From Hormoscilla sp. (GTDB lineage: Bacteria; Cyanobacteriota; Cyanobacteriia; Cyanobacteriales; Desertifilaceae), in NCBI GenBank assembly GCA_051439505.1, contig JBFRWI010000002.1, positions 32,001 to 96,000 on the forward strand: DNA of 64,000 bases. The letters run 5' to 3'. Both the position numbers and the translations under genes were made by a program. Under the pieces are notes generated by a model, which was given only the letters and a program-made list of their open reading frames with translations, did not search any database and had not been told where the DNA came from. Of the stretch, positions 1 through 10,018 are shown one piece after another. Each line of letters starts with the position of its first letter. Within the stretch, counting starts at the first letter, position 1.

Positions 1-29
1 ACTAACAGCGAAGTAAGGGGATTACTGAG

Positions 30-881
30 ATGATTAGATATGTCAAGTTGCTGCAAATTATCCCAGTTACAATAGTGAGTTGGGGAATATCCTCGGGTTT
101 GACTGGGTCAATAGCAGCAAGTATTGAGTCAAATGCAGAGGAAGTTGACAGTATCAAAGCAGAAGACTTATTGATGCCTGGAGAAACCGAGATAATCCTG
201 TCAGAAAGTTGGCAGTTCGATCGGAAGATTGATGACCCAGAAGAGATCGCCCAAGTGCCGCTTTTGGGCCTCAGTGGGTGGGCGATCGGGCCAAAAGCCG
301 GAACCCTAGGATTAGGTGCAGATATAGTCAAAAGTATCCTGCCAAATCTGAATGCCCGAGTCGGGTTAAGCGGCTTGGATATAGGAGTAGATATCAGTTC
401 TGATAACATTGATTATGAGGGGGATGTAAATCTGGGAGGTATCCCCCTGTTGGTAGATTTTTATCCACTTTTTAGTGGCTTTCGGGTCACGGGTGGATTA
501 GTGATCAACAATAACAAGATTGAGGTGGATGCCAAGGGTCGGGATGAGGACGGGAGTATCAGAATAGGCGATCGGGATTTTACAGTGAGGGATGTGGGAG
601 ATATCAAGGGTGATGTAGAATATAACGACATTGCCCCGTACATTGGGATTGGATTCGGAAATCCGGTGAGACCGGGAAAAAGCTTTGGTTTTTCAATAGA
701 TATCGGGGTAATGTTTCAAGGTGCCGGAGATGTAAGTCTGAGGGCCACTAATCCGAGTCCAGCAGCGCTATCCGCCGGAATTAACGCCCAACTGGAAAGG
801 GAGGAAGATGACCTTCAAGATGAGGTTGATAAGATTCAAGTATACCCGATATTACAGATTGGGGTAACCTACCAATTTTAA
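30..881 (+). CDS. Putative outer-membrane beta-barrel protein
   Basis: 283 aa; alternating amphipathic strands (GTLGLGADI, APYIGIGFG, YPILQIGVTYQF) with a C-terminal Phe signature. Confidence 0.6.
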   Translation: MIRYVKLLQIIPVTIVSWGISSGLTGSIAASIESNAEEVDSIKAEDLLMPGETEIILSESWQFDRKIDDPEEIAQVPLLGLSGWAIGPKAGTLGLGADIVKSILPNLNARVGLSGLDIGVDISSDNIDYEGDVNLGGIPLLVDFYPLFSGFRVTGGLVINNNKIEVDAKGRDEDGSIRIGDRDFTVRDVGDIKGDVEYNDIAPYIGIGFGNPVRPGKSFGFSIDIGVMFQGAGDVSLRATNPSPAALSAGINAQLEREEDDLQDEVDKIQVYPILQIGVTYQF

Positions 882-916
882 TTGGGTTCCTAGGGTGGAA
901 TGTCACTGACTGAAGC

Positions 917-1093
917 TGTCATTGCGATTTTTCGCGCAGCGTGGGGGGATCCCCAACCGAGATGAAAGAAAACTCCACCAACAGACCCCCCGAAGCAATC
1001 TCCCTACTAACGGCTGGAGGTTGAGATTGCTTCGGGGGGGATGCTAGTGTAAGATGATGATGATTCGCTTTGGCACCCCCCCTCGCAATGACA
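917..1093. repeat. REP/MITE-like element, GTCATTGCGA...CGAAGCAATC...GATTGCTTCG...TCGCAATGAC family
   Basis: Nested inverted repeats; second full copy at 40988-41173, fragments at 16779-16807 and 4999-5025. Confidence 0.8.
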
Positions 1094-1129
1094 TTAACAA
1101 CTTGATCCCTTAAGTCAGTGCCATTCTTC

Positions 1130-1181
1130 GTAGGGTAGGCACCGCCCACCATGCTAGTTCGTAGGCACCGCCCACCATGCT
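1130..1181. repeat. REP palindrome GTAGGGTGGGCACCGCCCACC (two copies)
   Basis: Same motif also at ~31428-31443, 37310-37330, 38316-38399 (tandem pair), 48948-48968 and 51753-51773. Confidence 0.8.
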
Positions 1182-1311
1182 GTAGCGCCAAATTTGCTCG
1201 CCACTGCCGCTGCCGCGACAACTTCACGATGAATGAAGAGCAAAATTTACTTGCGTTAGGGTCCATAATGGTAAAATTACTCTTGAACAACAATAATAGG
1301 AGCATTATTCC

Positions 1312-1746
1312 ATGGCCCTGACAGCAGGTACAGTCGCGCCCGACTTCACCGTGAAGGACACCAACGGCAACACCGTCAAGCTATCCGACTTCGCGGGCAA
1401 AACCGTCGTGCTATACTTTTACCCCAAAGACGACACTCCCGGCTGCACCAAGGAAGCCCAAAGCTTCCGAGATAACTATGCGGAGTACCAGAACAAGGAT
1501 ATGGTCGTTTTGGGAGTCAGCACGGACGACGAAGCATCCCACAAGCAGTTTACCGAGAAATTCGGCCTGCCGTTCCAATTGCTGGCCGATACCGACGGTG
1601 CAATTATGAAGGCTTACGATGTCGATGGGGGCGGCTATGCCAAGCGCGTCACTTACATTATCGACAGTGAAGGCAAAATTTCCCAAGTCATCGACAAAGT
1701 GCAAACTGCAACCCACGCCCAGGATATTTTAACGTCCATGTCCTAA
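1312..1746 (+). CDS. bcp: Peroxiredoxin, BCP/PrxQ family
   Basis: VVLYFYPKDDTPGCTKEA peroxidatic motif; AGGAG RBS upstream. Confidence 0.9.
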   Translation: MALTAGTVAPDFTVKDTNGNTVKLSDFAGKTVVLYFYPKDDTPGCTKEAQSFRDNYAEYQNKDMVVLGVSTDDEASHKQFTEKFGLPFQLLADTDGAIMKAYDVDGGGYAKRVTYIIDSEGKISQVIDKVQTATHAQDILTSMS

Positions 1747-1780
1747 TAAAAGTTGAGTCGGACGGGGCATCTCATTGCAT

Positions 1781-1828
1781 CTCGTTCCCAGGTAGAACCT
1801 GGGAACGTCTATTAAAGGCTCTGCCTTC
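1781..1828. repeat. GTTCCCAGG..CCTGGGAAC / GGCAGAGCC REP-like repeat
   Basis: Related copies at 16874-16915 and 17331-17378. Confidence 0.65.
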
Positions 1829-2047
1829 AGTGCCAAGGAAGGCTCTTAGCTTCTCCGACAGTTTTTCTGGTTCATTCTCACGCAGGTACAATAATTGCTC
1901 GCGCACTTCTTTCTTGCACCTTCTTGACATCGCCCCGCAAGCTGCCTCTTGACGCGGATATTCGTGATGGGTATTTTTGAGAGCGTTGCTTCTTTCAAAA
2001 TTCCCTCGGATATACCTATGGAAATACCCTCCATCTGTTCGAGAACA

Positions 2048-2782
2048 TCATTGGGATATCTGCGCAGCGAAGGCATCGCCAAGTTCCATTAAACGTCTTA
2101 TCTTTGATGGTAATTTGTTGAAAATAATCGTAGTGGGAATACCGATGAAACCTTGCCAAGGTTTCTCACGTATGTGTATCCCTATTACGTGACCGTTATT
2201 ATCGAGGACTGGTCCACCACTCATACCTGCTTTTGTTTGCTCCTCCGTATTATTTGCATTATAGAGCAAACGGTAATCATTGACTTCTGGATCTACATAT
2301 CTAGGATTCACCATGTTCAGATGAGAAAGCTTAAAAGTATTCTCCCCTTTTGACCAACCAAAAACGTATATAGATCCAGTTCGTTTGCCAAAATGTCCTA
2401 GCTTCGCCACTTCATAATTGTTTTCTGTGCTCTCGAACCGCAATACTGCTAAGTCCACGCCTTTCCGTCTGTCAATCTTGCTAGATCTAACCATATAGAT
2501 TTTGCCATCAGGAGTCTCAACCTGATATGATTGTTTTTCTCTTACCACATGCTCTGCTGTGAGGACGTAGTAAGTTTCGTCGTCCCGAGCAATTATCACC
2601 CCTGTTCCCTCAGTCTTCCATCGCCCCGGATATAGTATGTTGGGTCTGTTAATTTTTACCGCCATCGCTTTAGCACGATTCTCGACCTGACGAGAAGTGA
2701 GTGCTGATTGCGCTGGCACCTGAGAAAGCATGACTATTGCGGTGCCGATCAATGCTGCTGGTAGCTTATTGGATAAATTCAT
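2048..2782 (-). CDS. Secreted trypsin-like (S1) serine protease
   Basis: Signal-peptide-like N-terminus; triad motifs TAEHVV, VDLAVL, GMSGGP. Confidence 0.85.
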   Translation of the reverse strand: MNLSNKLPAALIGTAIVMLSQVPAQSALTSRQVENRAKAMAVKINRPNILYPGRWKTEGTGVIIARDDETYYVLTAEHVVREKQSYQVETPDGKIYMVRSSKIDRRKGVDLAVLRFESTENNYEVAKLGHFGKRTGSIYVFGWSKGENTFKLSHLNMVNPRYVDPEVNDYRLLYNANNTEEQTKAGMSGGPVLDNNGHVIGIHIREKPWQGFIGIPTTIIFNKLPSKIRRLMELGDAFAAQISQ

Positions 2783-2809
2783 TCAATCTTCTCCTTCTTC
2801 AACATTGTT

Positions 2810-4201
2810 TTAGATTTCAATAAGCTCCCGGTCTTCAATAAGCTCCGGGTCTTTTTTATAACGTCTAACTTTTTCATCATAGTGATATACCAAGTAATAT
2901 CTCTTGTCTTCTTTCGTTGGATCGATCAATCCAACAATTACTTCTGGTTCTCTAGTCTCGTTTTCACCATCTAAATCTCGAACCTCAATAGCCCAAACTT
3001 TGCCTCTATCTGCAACTGGCTTTTCGTCTTCAATTGTAACATTGCGTGTATCTATTTGAGCTTTTCTTCTTTCTATTTCTAAACTATAGTTCCTTTCCCG
3101 TACAGATCCGGATATTATTGCCTGCACACGTTGAGAGCAATTATCATCATTCTCATTAAAATAATATGTAGATACTAGAGGGAATTTTCCGGACTGTGCC
3201 CCGGTTGAATTGCACTGTAACGCTGGCTCTCTGGGGTCTGTTACAGTTGTTTCTGGCGGCGTTGGCGGCTTTGGTTTTGGCGGCGGCGCTGGTTTTGGCG
3301 GCAGAGGAACAGGTGAAGGTATAGATGGGGGAACCCCGGCTATCGGAGGGTTGATTATAGAAGCATACTTTGGCTCTCTCAACTTGTCAATCGCGATCGC
3401 CCAGCTAGAGTTTTCGAGCAGGTCTCTTGACCTGTCAACTGGGTCGCCATTCCTATACACATAAAAATCTCGATTTCCTTGCCCAAAAGGTATAGGATGG
3501 CTATGCTTACCATTAATCCCAACAACCTCACCATTGCTATTGAGCAGTGGTCCCCCACTCATCCCCTTTTCTATATCGACATAATATCCCACTCTGTAGC
3601 CCATTTCCATCTCCCGATCGAGGATCAAAGAAATCTCCCCTGACTCGCATTTAAATCCTCTTGAAACAGACGGATCTGCTATGATTGGAAACCCCGCTGC
3701 CAACACTATTTGACTCGGTTCTAGAGTAGATGTGGCTCTGAAAGTGGCTATCTCATACTTACTTGTACTATTGAACTGCAATATTGCAAGATCGTCAGCT
3801 AAACCGTTCTCGTCGTAGCGTTTTATCAATTTCGCCGCATATAAACTGTCATCATGAGTTTGAACTTGATAATCCCTATTGTCCCCAACTACATGCGCCC
3901 TATTGTCCCCAACTACATGCGCATTAGTCAGAACCTTATAAAGCCTTTGTGTTCCCTCAACTTTTTTCTCAATCAGAATTCCTGTACCCTCAGCAATTCG
4001 ATTTTCTGACAATATCTTGACAGTGAATTTTTCAGCCCGATCGCACACTTGCTTCTCTGATAATTCAGTTTGTTTTAGGAATGAGTTGCTTAAGGTGATA
4101 TTTTTTTTCAAGTAATGGATAGCAGGTTCCTGTGCTGGCAGATGGATGCACAAAATGCCAACACAAACCCCTGCGATCCCTAAGCTCCAGTTCATCATCA
4201 T
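2810..4201 (-). CDS. Trypsin-like serine protease with Pro-rich linker and unknown C-terminal domain
   Basis: TNAHVV, DDLAIL and GMSGGP motifs; PPKPAPPPKPKPP linker. Confidence 0.85.
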   Translation of the reverse strand: MMMNWSLGIAGVCVGILCIHLPAQEPAIHYLKKNITLSNSFLKQTELSEKQVCDRAEKFTVKILSENRIAEGTGILIEKKVEGTQRLYKVLTNAHVVGDNRAHVVGDNRDYQVQTHDDSLYAAKLIKRYDENGLADDLAILQFNSTSKYEIATFRATSTLEPSQIVLAAGFPIIADPSVSRGFKCESGEISLILDREMEMGYRVGYYVDIEKGMSGGPLLNSNGEVVGINGKHSHPIPFGQGNRDFYVYRNGDPVDRSRDLLENSSWAIAIDKLREPKYASIINPPIAGVPPSIPSPVPLPPKPAPPPKPKPPTPPETTVTDPREPALQCNSTGAQSGKFPLVSTYYFNENDDNCSQRVQAIISGSVRERNYSLEIERRKAQIDTRNVTIEDEKPVADRGKVWAIEVRDLDGENETREPEVIVGLIDPTKEDKRYYLVYHYDEKVRRYKKDPELIEDRELIEI

Positions 4202-4253
4202 CTCAGCTTAAGTTATAATTTGCTGATTTTTCCCTGCTACTGAAACTATTCTA

Positions 4254-4805
4254 CTATTCTGCCTGATTGTCGTAGAGCAGTTCTTCCACATCAATGTATA
4301 AATTACCTTCCCAGTCGTATATTTTAATATGCTGGGACTGATTGAAAGACGAACTCCGATCGCGCGCATCAAGTAGCTTTTCAAGAACCGCGTTTGGATC
4401 TTCGCTCTCGTCCGGCAATATCGTGAATAGCATATTGATCCTGTTGCATGGTACGCCTACTTCTTGAGTACCACACACGACATAATAATTTCCCACTTTT
4501 CCAATGTTAAAATATTTAAGCTCCTCGGACTCGTGTAAACGCTGGAATCTCTTAGAAACCTCTTTACAGCGCTTCTCCGGTGTCCAGCCTGACAGGGCAA
4601 AAGCTTCAGAACGCCAGCGAATCAGAGGAATTGGTCCTCGGGAGGCTTTATACATTGTCGTTTGTATACCATTCCTCTTACGGCAGAAGAATAAAGTCTC
4701 GTCGCGTTGAGCACTTTCAGCTGCACTCGGCCTGTCTAGAGCCACCGTAGCCCCTAGCACGCACATCAGCGCTGCCAGGACTTTAGTCAATGTCATCTGT
4801 TTCAT
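4254..4805 (-). CDS. COP23 (circadian oscillating protein) domain protein
   Basis: Signal peptide; FFC...TT...RGPIPLIRW...SGWTPEKRC.EVS.RFQ pattern; usual position upstream of trypsin-like proteases. Confidence 0.8.
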   Translation of the reverse strand: MKQMTLTKVLAALMCVLGATVALDRPSAAESAQRDETLFFCRKRNGIQTTMYKASRGPIPLIRWRSEAFALSGWTPEKRCKEVSKRFQRLHESEELKYFNIGKVGNYYVVCGTQEVGVPCNRINMLFTILPDESEDPNAVLEKLLDARDRSSSFNQSQHIKIYDWEGNLYIDVEELLYDNQAE

Positions 4806-4843
4806 AAGACTATCTCCTTGATGCTCCTTGATGCCGAATCTAG

Positions 4844-5115
4844 TATAGCAGTTTTCACCTGAGTCAAGTACACCTCAAGCTGGTGTCTGCCGGTGCTATC
4901 TCGTTTTTCTTTGCCTCGTCCCAATGTCAAGGGTGCGCCTACTTCTAGTTGATAGCCGGATGTATCTGTGATGCATGTAATCTAGCCCGCGCAGGCGGTT
5001 GCCACGCTGCGCTCGCAATGACATTGCTTTGTTCTTGTAGCCGGACCCTTTAGGGTTCGGGCGGGAAGGCCGAGTACCAACAGGTGCAAGACCACACCCC
5101 AATGCAAACCGCTAT
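4844..5115. mobile_element. MITE-like element with nested REP sequences
   Basis: Terminal inverted repeats ATAGCAGTTTTCA / TGCAAACCGCTAT; internal TAGCCCGCGCAGGCGG..GTAGCCGG REP. Confidence 0.55.
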
Positions 5116-5220
5116 TTTCTTAGTCTAGCACATGGTACGCTCATGGTACGCACATGACAAAAAATTTTTTCGTGCTGAACTCTCCCTGGCTAGTTAGTGG
5201 CAGATTGCTTTAGGCTATTG

Positions 5221-7071
5221 ATGGAAGCAACGGCAATCAGCGCAATGCTAGGACAAACAATCGGTGGCCACTACCGCATTATTCAATTCTTGGGCCAAGG
5301 CGGATTTGGCGAGACTTGGTTAGCTGAAGACCTGCATTTACCCGATCGCCCTCACTGTGTCGTCAAGAAGCTGAGTCCTCCATCCAACGATCCCGCGCTG
5401 CTGCCAACGGCCAGACGCCTGTTCGATCGGGAAGCCAAAACCCTCTACCAGCTAGGCCAGCATGACCAGATTCCCCAACTGTTAGCTTACTTTGAGGAAA
5501 ATCAAGAATTCTATCTAGTCCAGGAATTTATCCCCGGACATGACCTGACCCAAGAACTCCCTGCCGGCAGTAAGTTGAGCGAGGATCGAGTCATTGCTTT
5601 TCTGGTAGAGATTCTGACCATCTTGGAGTTCGTCCATCAACAGGGTGTCATTCACCGGGATATTAAGCCCTCCAATTTAAGGCGACGCCAGCGGGATGAC
5701 AAGATTGTTCTGATCGACTTTGGGGCAGTCAAGCAAATCAGCTCCACCGTAGCCACACCTCAAGGCCAGAGTCCGACTATTATTGGCACAAGGGGCTATA
5801 TGCCCCCCGAGCAAGAGAAAGGTTATCCCAATTATAGCAGTGACATATATGCCGTGGGAATGGTTGGAATCCAAGCCCTCACCGGGTCGCCGCCTACCAA
5901 CCTCCCAATAGACTCTAGCACAGGGGAAGTCATCTGGCGAAATCGGGCACAGGTCAACCCTCAGCTAGCAAACATTTTAGACAAAATGGTGCGCCAGGAC
6001 GATAGCCAACGCTACCAGTCAGCAACTGAAGCACTGCAAGCTCTGAAAAAAACGAGAAATTCTATGGGTGCTAAATCTAAACTGATATTTTTGATTGTTT
6101 TAATCTTACTAGGATTAGCAGGAGGAGGAGTAATAGGATGGCGCATCTTTACCTCCCGGCAATCTCTTGAACCAGAACCACCTCCGCCATGTCAAACCAT
6201 CACTGCACAGTCATCGCAAGTATATGCCGTTGCCATTAGCCCGGATGGTGAGACAATAGCCAGCGCTAGTCAGGACAAAACCGTTAGGTTATGGAGCAGA
6301 GAAACCTGTGAATGGGACGGCACTTTCTCAGGACATTTAGGCCCAGTCAATTCTGTAGCCATTAGCCCCGACGGGCAGACTATTGTTAGTGGCAGCTCCG
6401 ACAATACTATCAAGCTATGGAACCGGAAGACAGGAGAATTAATTCGCACTCTCACAGGACATGCTGATGCAATTACCTCAGTTGCCATTAGTTCTGATGG
6501 TGAGACTATTGTTAGTGGCAGCTCCGACAATACTATCAAGCGATGGAACCTGAATACTGGGGAATTAATTCGCACCTTCACAGGACATACAGGCGGGGTT
6601 GAAGCAGTGGCTATCAGTCCAGATAGTCAGATGCTTGTCAGTAGCAGTCGAGACAGCAGCATCAAGCTGTGGAACCCGCACACCGGACAGCTACTCGATA
6701 CTTTATTTGAGAATTGGGTAATTTATTCCGTCGCCATCAGCCCAGATATGCAGATTCTTGTCAGTAGCGGTTGTAGCCAGAAAATTAACCTATGGAATCT
6801 GAAAAATGGTCAACTGCGCCGTAACCTGGAAAAGCCTTCAAGTAATGTTTGTGCCGTCGCCATCAGCCCGGACGGAAAGACCATTTTTGGTGCCCGTAAT
6901 GACGGAAAAATCCAGCAGTGGGATCTGCAAACCGGGTCGTCGATCGGCATCATTCCTGGTTCTGGGCATTCAGAGCAAATTGCAGCAATTGCTATCAGCC
7001 CGGACGGGAAAACGATCGTCAGTGGCAGTCTTGACAAGACCATCAAAATCTGGCAAATTCCAGAACGTTAA
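5221..7071 (+). CDS. Ser/Thr protein kinase with TM helix and C-terminal WD40 repeats
   Basis: LGQGGFG, HRDIKPSN, DFG; TM LIFLIVLILLGLAGGG; ~7 AISPDG..SGS.D.TIK.W repeats; start could also be 5197 or 5245. Confidence 0.92.
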   Translation: MEATAISAMLGQTIGGHYRIIQFLGQGGFGETWLAEDLHLPDRPHCVVKKLSPPSNDPALLPTARRLFDREAKTLYQLGQHDQIPQLLAYFEENQEFYLVQEFIPGHDLTQELPAGSKLSEDRVIAFLVEILTILEFVHQQGVIHRDIKPSNLRRRQRDDKIVLIDFGAVKQISSTVATPQGQSPTIIGTRGYMPPEQEKGYPNYSSDIYAVGMVGIQALTGSPPTNLPIDSSTGEVIWRNRAQVNPQLANILDKMVRQDDSQRYQSATEALQALKKTRNSMGAKSKLIFLIVLILLGLAGGGVIGWRIFTSRQSLEPEPPPPCQTITAQSSQVYAVAISPDGETIASASQDKTVRLWSRETCEWDGTFSGHLGPVNSVAISPDGQTIVSGSSDNTIKLWNRKTGELIRTLTGHADAITSVAISSDGETIVSGSSDNTIKRWNLNTGELIRTFTGHTGGVEAVAISPDSQMLVSSSRDSSIKLWNPHTGQLLDTLFENWVIYSVAISPDMQILVSSGCSQKINLWNLKNGQLRRNLEKPSSNVCAVAISPDGKTIFGARNDGKIQQWDLQTGSSIGIIPGSGHSEQIAAIAISPDGKTIVSGSLDKTIKIWQIPER

Positions 7072-7169
7072 ATTTCCCGGCCACCAACTATGCAGTTCCC
7101 GATCGAGGGTGGAGGAGTTGGTGACTCGATTGGAAATATCTTTGAATACTTACTCTAAATTTGTAAATA

Positions 7170-7547
7170 ATGGACCTCAAAATAGACCAAAAATGGGATT
7201 CTGCATCTCTGCGGATCGTTAGCAAGACTATAACTCCAGCAGGAATTACCAAAACTCTGGGAATAGAACCAACTCGTGCTTACGCGATCGGGACACCTGT
7301 GAAGTGGATTCTCGAAAGTGGCTTGGATGAATCGGAACCCCTCAACTTACATATTAACCAATTACTGTTGTTGATTGAGTCAAAAGTTGAGCGGTTCAAA
7401 AAACTAATGTCGGTATGCGACATAGAAATATTTTGCGGTTTTTCCTCCGAAAATGGTCAAGGGGGATTTGTTCTTGATGCTGGACTAATCAAGCGGATGG
7501 GCATCATCCCCCTAGATTTGGTGCTGGATTTGTATCCCGCATCATAG
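7170..7547 (+). CDS. DUF4279-like small protein
   Basis: ASLRI...P..IT..LGIEPT and C-terminal L.LDLY pattern. Confidence 0.55.
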   Translation: MDLKIDQKWDSASLRIVSKTITPAGITKTLGIEPTRAYAIGTPVKWILESGLDESEPLNLHINQLLLLIESKVERFKKLMSVCDIEIFCGFSSENGQGGFVLDAGLIKRMGIIPLDLVLDLYPAS

Positions 7548-7606
7548 CTGTGGGCTATACTGAGTAGTATATATTGTCTAGCGCATAGGAAGCACTAAAG
7601 TGCTTA

Positions 7607-8803
7607 CTACGAACTGAAGACTGAGTAGTATATATTAGCTTGCTTGAGCCGTCGCAAGGCTTCCCCTAGCCGATCGCACTCAGCAATCAAACTAACTCTC
7701 ACATAGCCTTCACCACCAGCACCAAAAGCATTTCCCGGCGTCACCACCACTCCAGTCCGCTGCAAGACATCCAGGGCAAAATCTGTCGAACCTATTCCAG
7801 GGGGACAAGGAACCCACAGATACATGGTGGCTTTGGTTTTGGGAACATCCCACCCCAACTCTGCCAAACCTTGAATCAGAAAATCTCGGCGAGTCCGATA
7901 GCGTTCCCGAACCTCTTTCAAATAGGAATCAGGTAATCCCAGCGCTGTTTCCGCTGCAACTTGCAGGGCCGCAAACACGCCGTAATCTAAATTCGTTTTC
8001 AGCGTCCTTAAACCTTGGATGATCTTAGAATTCCCCACCACAAAGCCTATGCGCCACCCAGCCATATTATAGGTTTTGGACATGGTATGAAACTCAACCC
8101 CAATTTCCTTGCCACCGGGAATTTCTAGTAAGCTAGTGGGTTGATAGCCATCAAAGGCTAATTCTGCATAGGCCAGGTCGTGAACCAGCAAGATTTGATG
8201 GCGACGGGCAAAAGCGACCATTTCCACAAAAAACTCCCGGGGGGCCGTGGCGCAGGTGGGGTTGTTGGGATAGTTGAAATATAATATCTTGGCCCTTGTG
8301 GCTACATCCTCGGGAATGCTAGCTAGATCGATCAGCCAGTCGTTTTCTGGTTTCAGAACTAAGGTGTGGACCTCTCCACCCGCGATCGCGGGGCCGCGAA
8401 AATGGGCCGGATAGGCCGGAGAGGGGACTAAAATTAAATCCCCCGGATTGATGTAAGCTAATGCTAAATGGCTGAGTCCTTCTTTAGAACCCAATAGAGG
8501 TAAAGCTTCGCTATCTGGATCCAGTTGCACTCCATAACGACGGTGATACCAGCTAGTAATGGCGCTGCGGAAACTGGCAGTCCCCTCAAAGGGAGGATAG
8601 CCGTGATGGGCGGGATTTTGTAAAGCCTCGATCGCCGCTTCCACTACCGGTTGGGGCGTGGCCCCATCGGGGTTTCCCATGCCCAAATCTATCAGATCCA
8701 GTCCCTGTTTTCTGGCATTTGCTTTCAGTTCGTCCAGGCGGGCAAATACATAAGGAGGCAAGCTTTTCAGGCGTTCAGCTGGGCTTATCCAATCTAGATT
8801 CAT
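7607..8803 (-). CDS. Class I/II PLP-dependent aminotransferase (aspartate / LL-DAP aminotransferase type)
   Basis: NYPNNPT, HDLAYAE and the SKTYNMAGWRIG PLP-lysine motif. Confidence 0.9.
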   Translation of the reverse strand: MNLDWISPAERLKSLPPYVFARLDELKANARKQGLDLIDLGMGNPDGATPQPVVEAAIEALQNPAHHGYPPFEGTASFRSAITSWYHRRYGVQLDPDSEALPLLGSKEGLSHLALAYINPGDLILVPSPAYPAHFRGPAIAGGEVHTLVLKPENDWLIDLASIPEDVATRAKILYFNYPNNPTCATAPREFFVEMVAFARRHQILLVHDLAYAELAFDGYQPTSLLEIPGGKEIGVEFHTMSKTYNMAGWRIGFVVGNSKIIQGLRTLKTNLDYGVFAALQVAAETALGLPDSYLKEVRERYRTRRDFLIQGLAELGWDVPKTKATMYLWVPCPPGIGSTDFALDVLQRTGVVVTPGNAFGAGGEGYVRVSLIAECDRLGEALRRLKQANIYYSVFSS

Positions 8804-9981
8804 CGTTCATTTTTCTCGTTAACTGCTAATGGCGTCGTGGTTGAAACCATTGCTGCCATCAGTTGGTCCGGCCCCACCTGGAAGGGGAGTCGGTGAATGT
8901 CAGAAGCAGGTCTACAGGCAATTTCCGCTGCTTTACGCAACTCTGCCAGGGTGACGTTCCCCAGTCCCAAGTCATCCAGGGTTTTCGGCAGGCCAATCTC
9001 CGTGTAAAACTGTAACAGTTGTTGTCTGGCCGTAACTGCCAGTTGGTTTCCCTGCACCGTCTCTTCCAAGCGCAACTGCACTAGAATCCCGTAGGCCACT
9101 TTTTCTCCATGTAAAGTATGACGGACCTCCCGAATGTGGGTTAAGCCATTGTGGACAGCATGGGCCCCTACGGTGCGACATTGAGAACCTCCCAGTCCCC
9201 CGATCGTCCCTGCTAGGAGTACTGTAGCATCTACCACTTGCCGCCAAGCTTCTCCCCCTGGAGCTTTGAGGGCCTCTGCTGATTTTTGGAATAAAATATC
9301 TCGCAGGATCCTCGCCTCTTGGACAGCAGCAATGAGTATGGTTTCGGTGGAGTGACCGCTACTGACAGATGCTTCATACCATTTGGCGATCGCATCTCCT
9401 ATGCCTGCCACCAGAGTCCGTGCTGGGGCTGTCGCAATTAGATTGTAATCTAGCACTAGCAACTCCGGACACTGGGCGAGGCCGACACCGTAGAGAAACG
9501 CACCCTCCTGAGAGTATACATTAGAAAGGGCTGCCCAGGCGGCACAGGTTGCCCCTGATGTGGGAATAGTTACCACTGGCAGTTGACAATAGTGACCCAC
9601 CAATTTGGCTGCATCCAGGGCCTTGCCACCACCGACGCCAATAATCAGATCTGCTGCATGGGTGCTGACAGCTTGCTTGAGGGACTCTATTGTTGCTTCG
9701 CTACAATCAGGAGAGTAGTTCGCCTCCGCCGCAGTTAGTTGCTGCTGTGCCAGGACTGGTTGCAAGGGCGATCGCACTACCTCTAGAGTCCGATCGCCCC
9801 CTACGATCAGGGGACGAGAACCCAAACGGGCGATCTCCTCTCCTGCTTGGGACAGACAGTTTTCCCCTCGCATCACCCTGGTTGGGGCAACACTCATATA
9901 TATTAAGGGCTTATTGGCTGTTGCCGCTGCTAATTTAGGTAATAAAGCTTCCTCAGACATCATTGTGGTATATTTTTCCAT
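8800..9981 (-). CDS. gldA: Iron-containing alcohol / glycerol dehydrogenase family protein
   Basis: GVGGGKALDAAK, AGIGDAIAKWYE, AHAVHNGLT, HGEKVAYG. Confidence 0.8.
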   Translation of the reverse strand: MEKYTTMMSEEALLPKLAAATANKPLIYMSVAPTRVMRGENCLSQAGEEIARLGSRPLIVGGDRTLEVVRSPLQPVLAQQQLTAAEANYSPDCSEATIESLKQAVSTHAADLIIGVGGGKALDAAKLVGHYCQLPVVTIPTSGATCAAWAALSNVYSQEGAFLYGVGLAQCPELLVLDYNLIATAPARTLVAGIGDAIAKWYEASVSSGHSTETILIAAVQEARILRDILFQKSAEALKAPGGEAWRQVVDATVLLAGTIGGLGGSQCRTVGAHAVHNGLTHIREVRHTLHGEKVAYGILVQLRLEETVQGNQLAVTARQQLLQFYTEIGLPKTLDDLGLGNVTLAELRKAAEIACRPASDIHRLPFQVGPDQLMAAMVSTTTPLAVNEKNER

Positions 9982-10018
9982 TCCGTCATCCTGCCCATCG
10001 CCCGTACCCGATCCCCAG

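Noticed and set aside
919..1305. ORFs 919-1305, 4896-5102, 25356-25868, 48905-49525, 60205-60405, 61899-62210 and other antisense or overlapping ORFs
   Set aside because: They are shadows of real genes or run through REP and repeat DNA, with no protein motifs.
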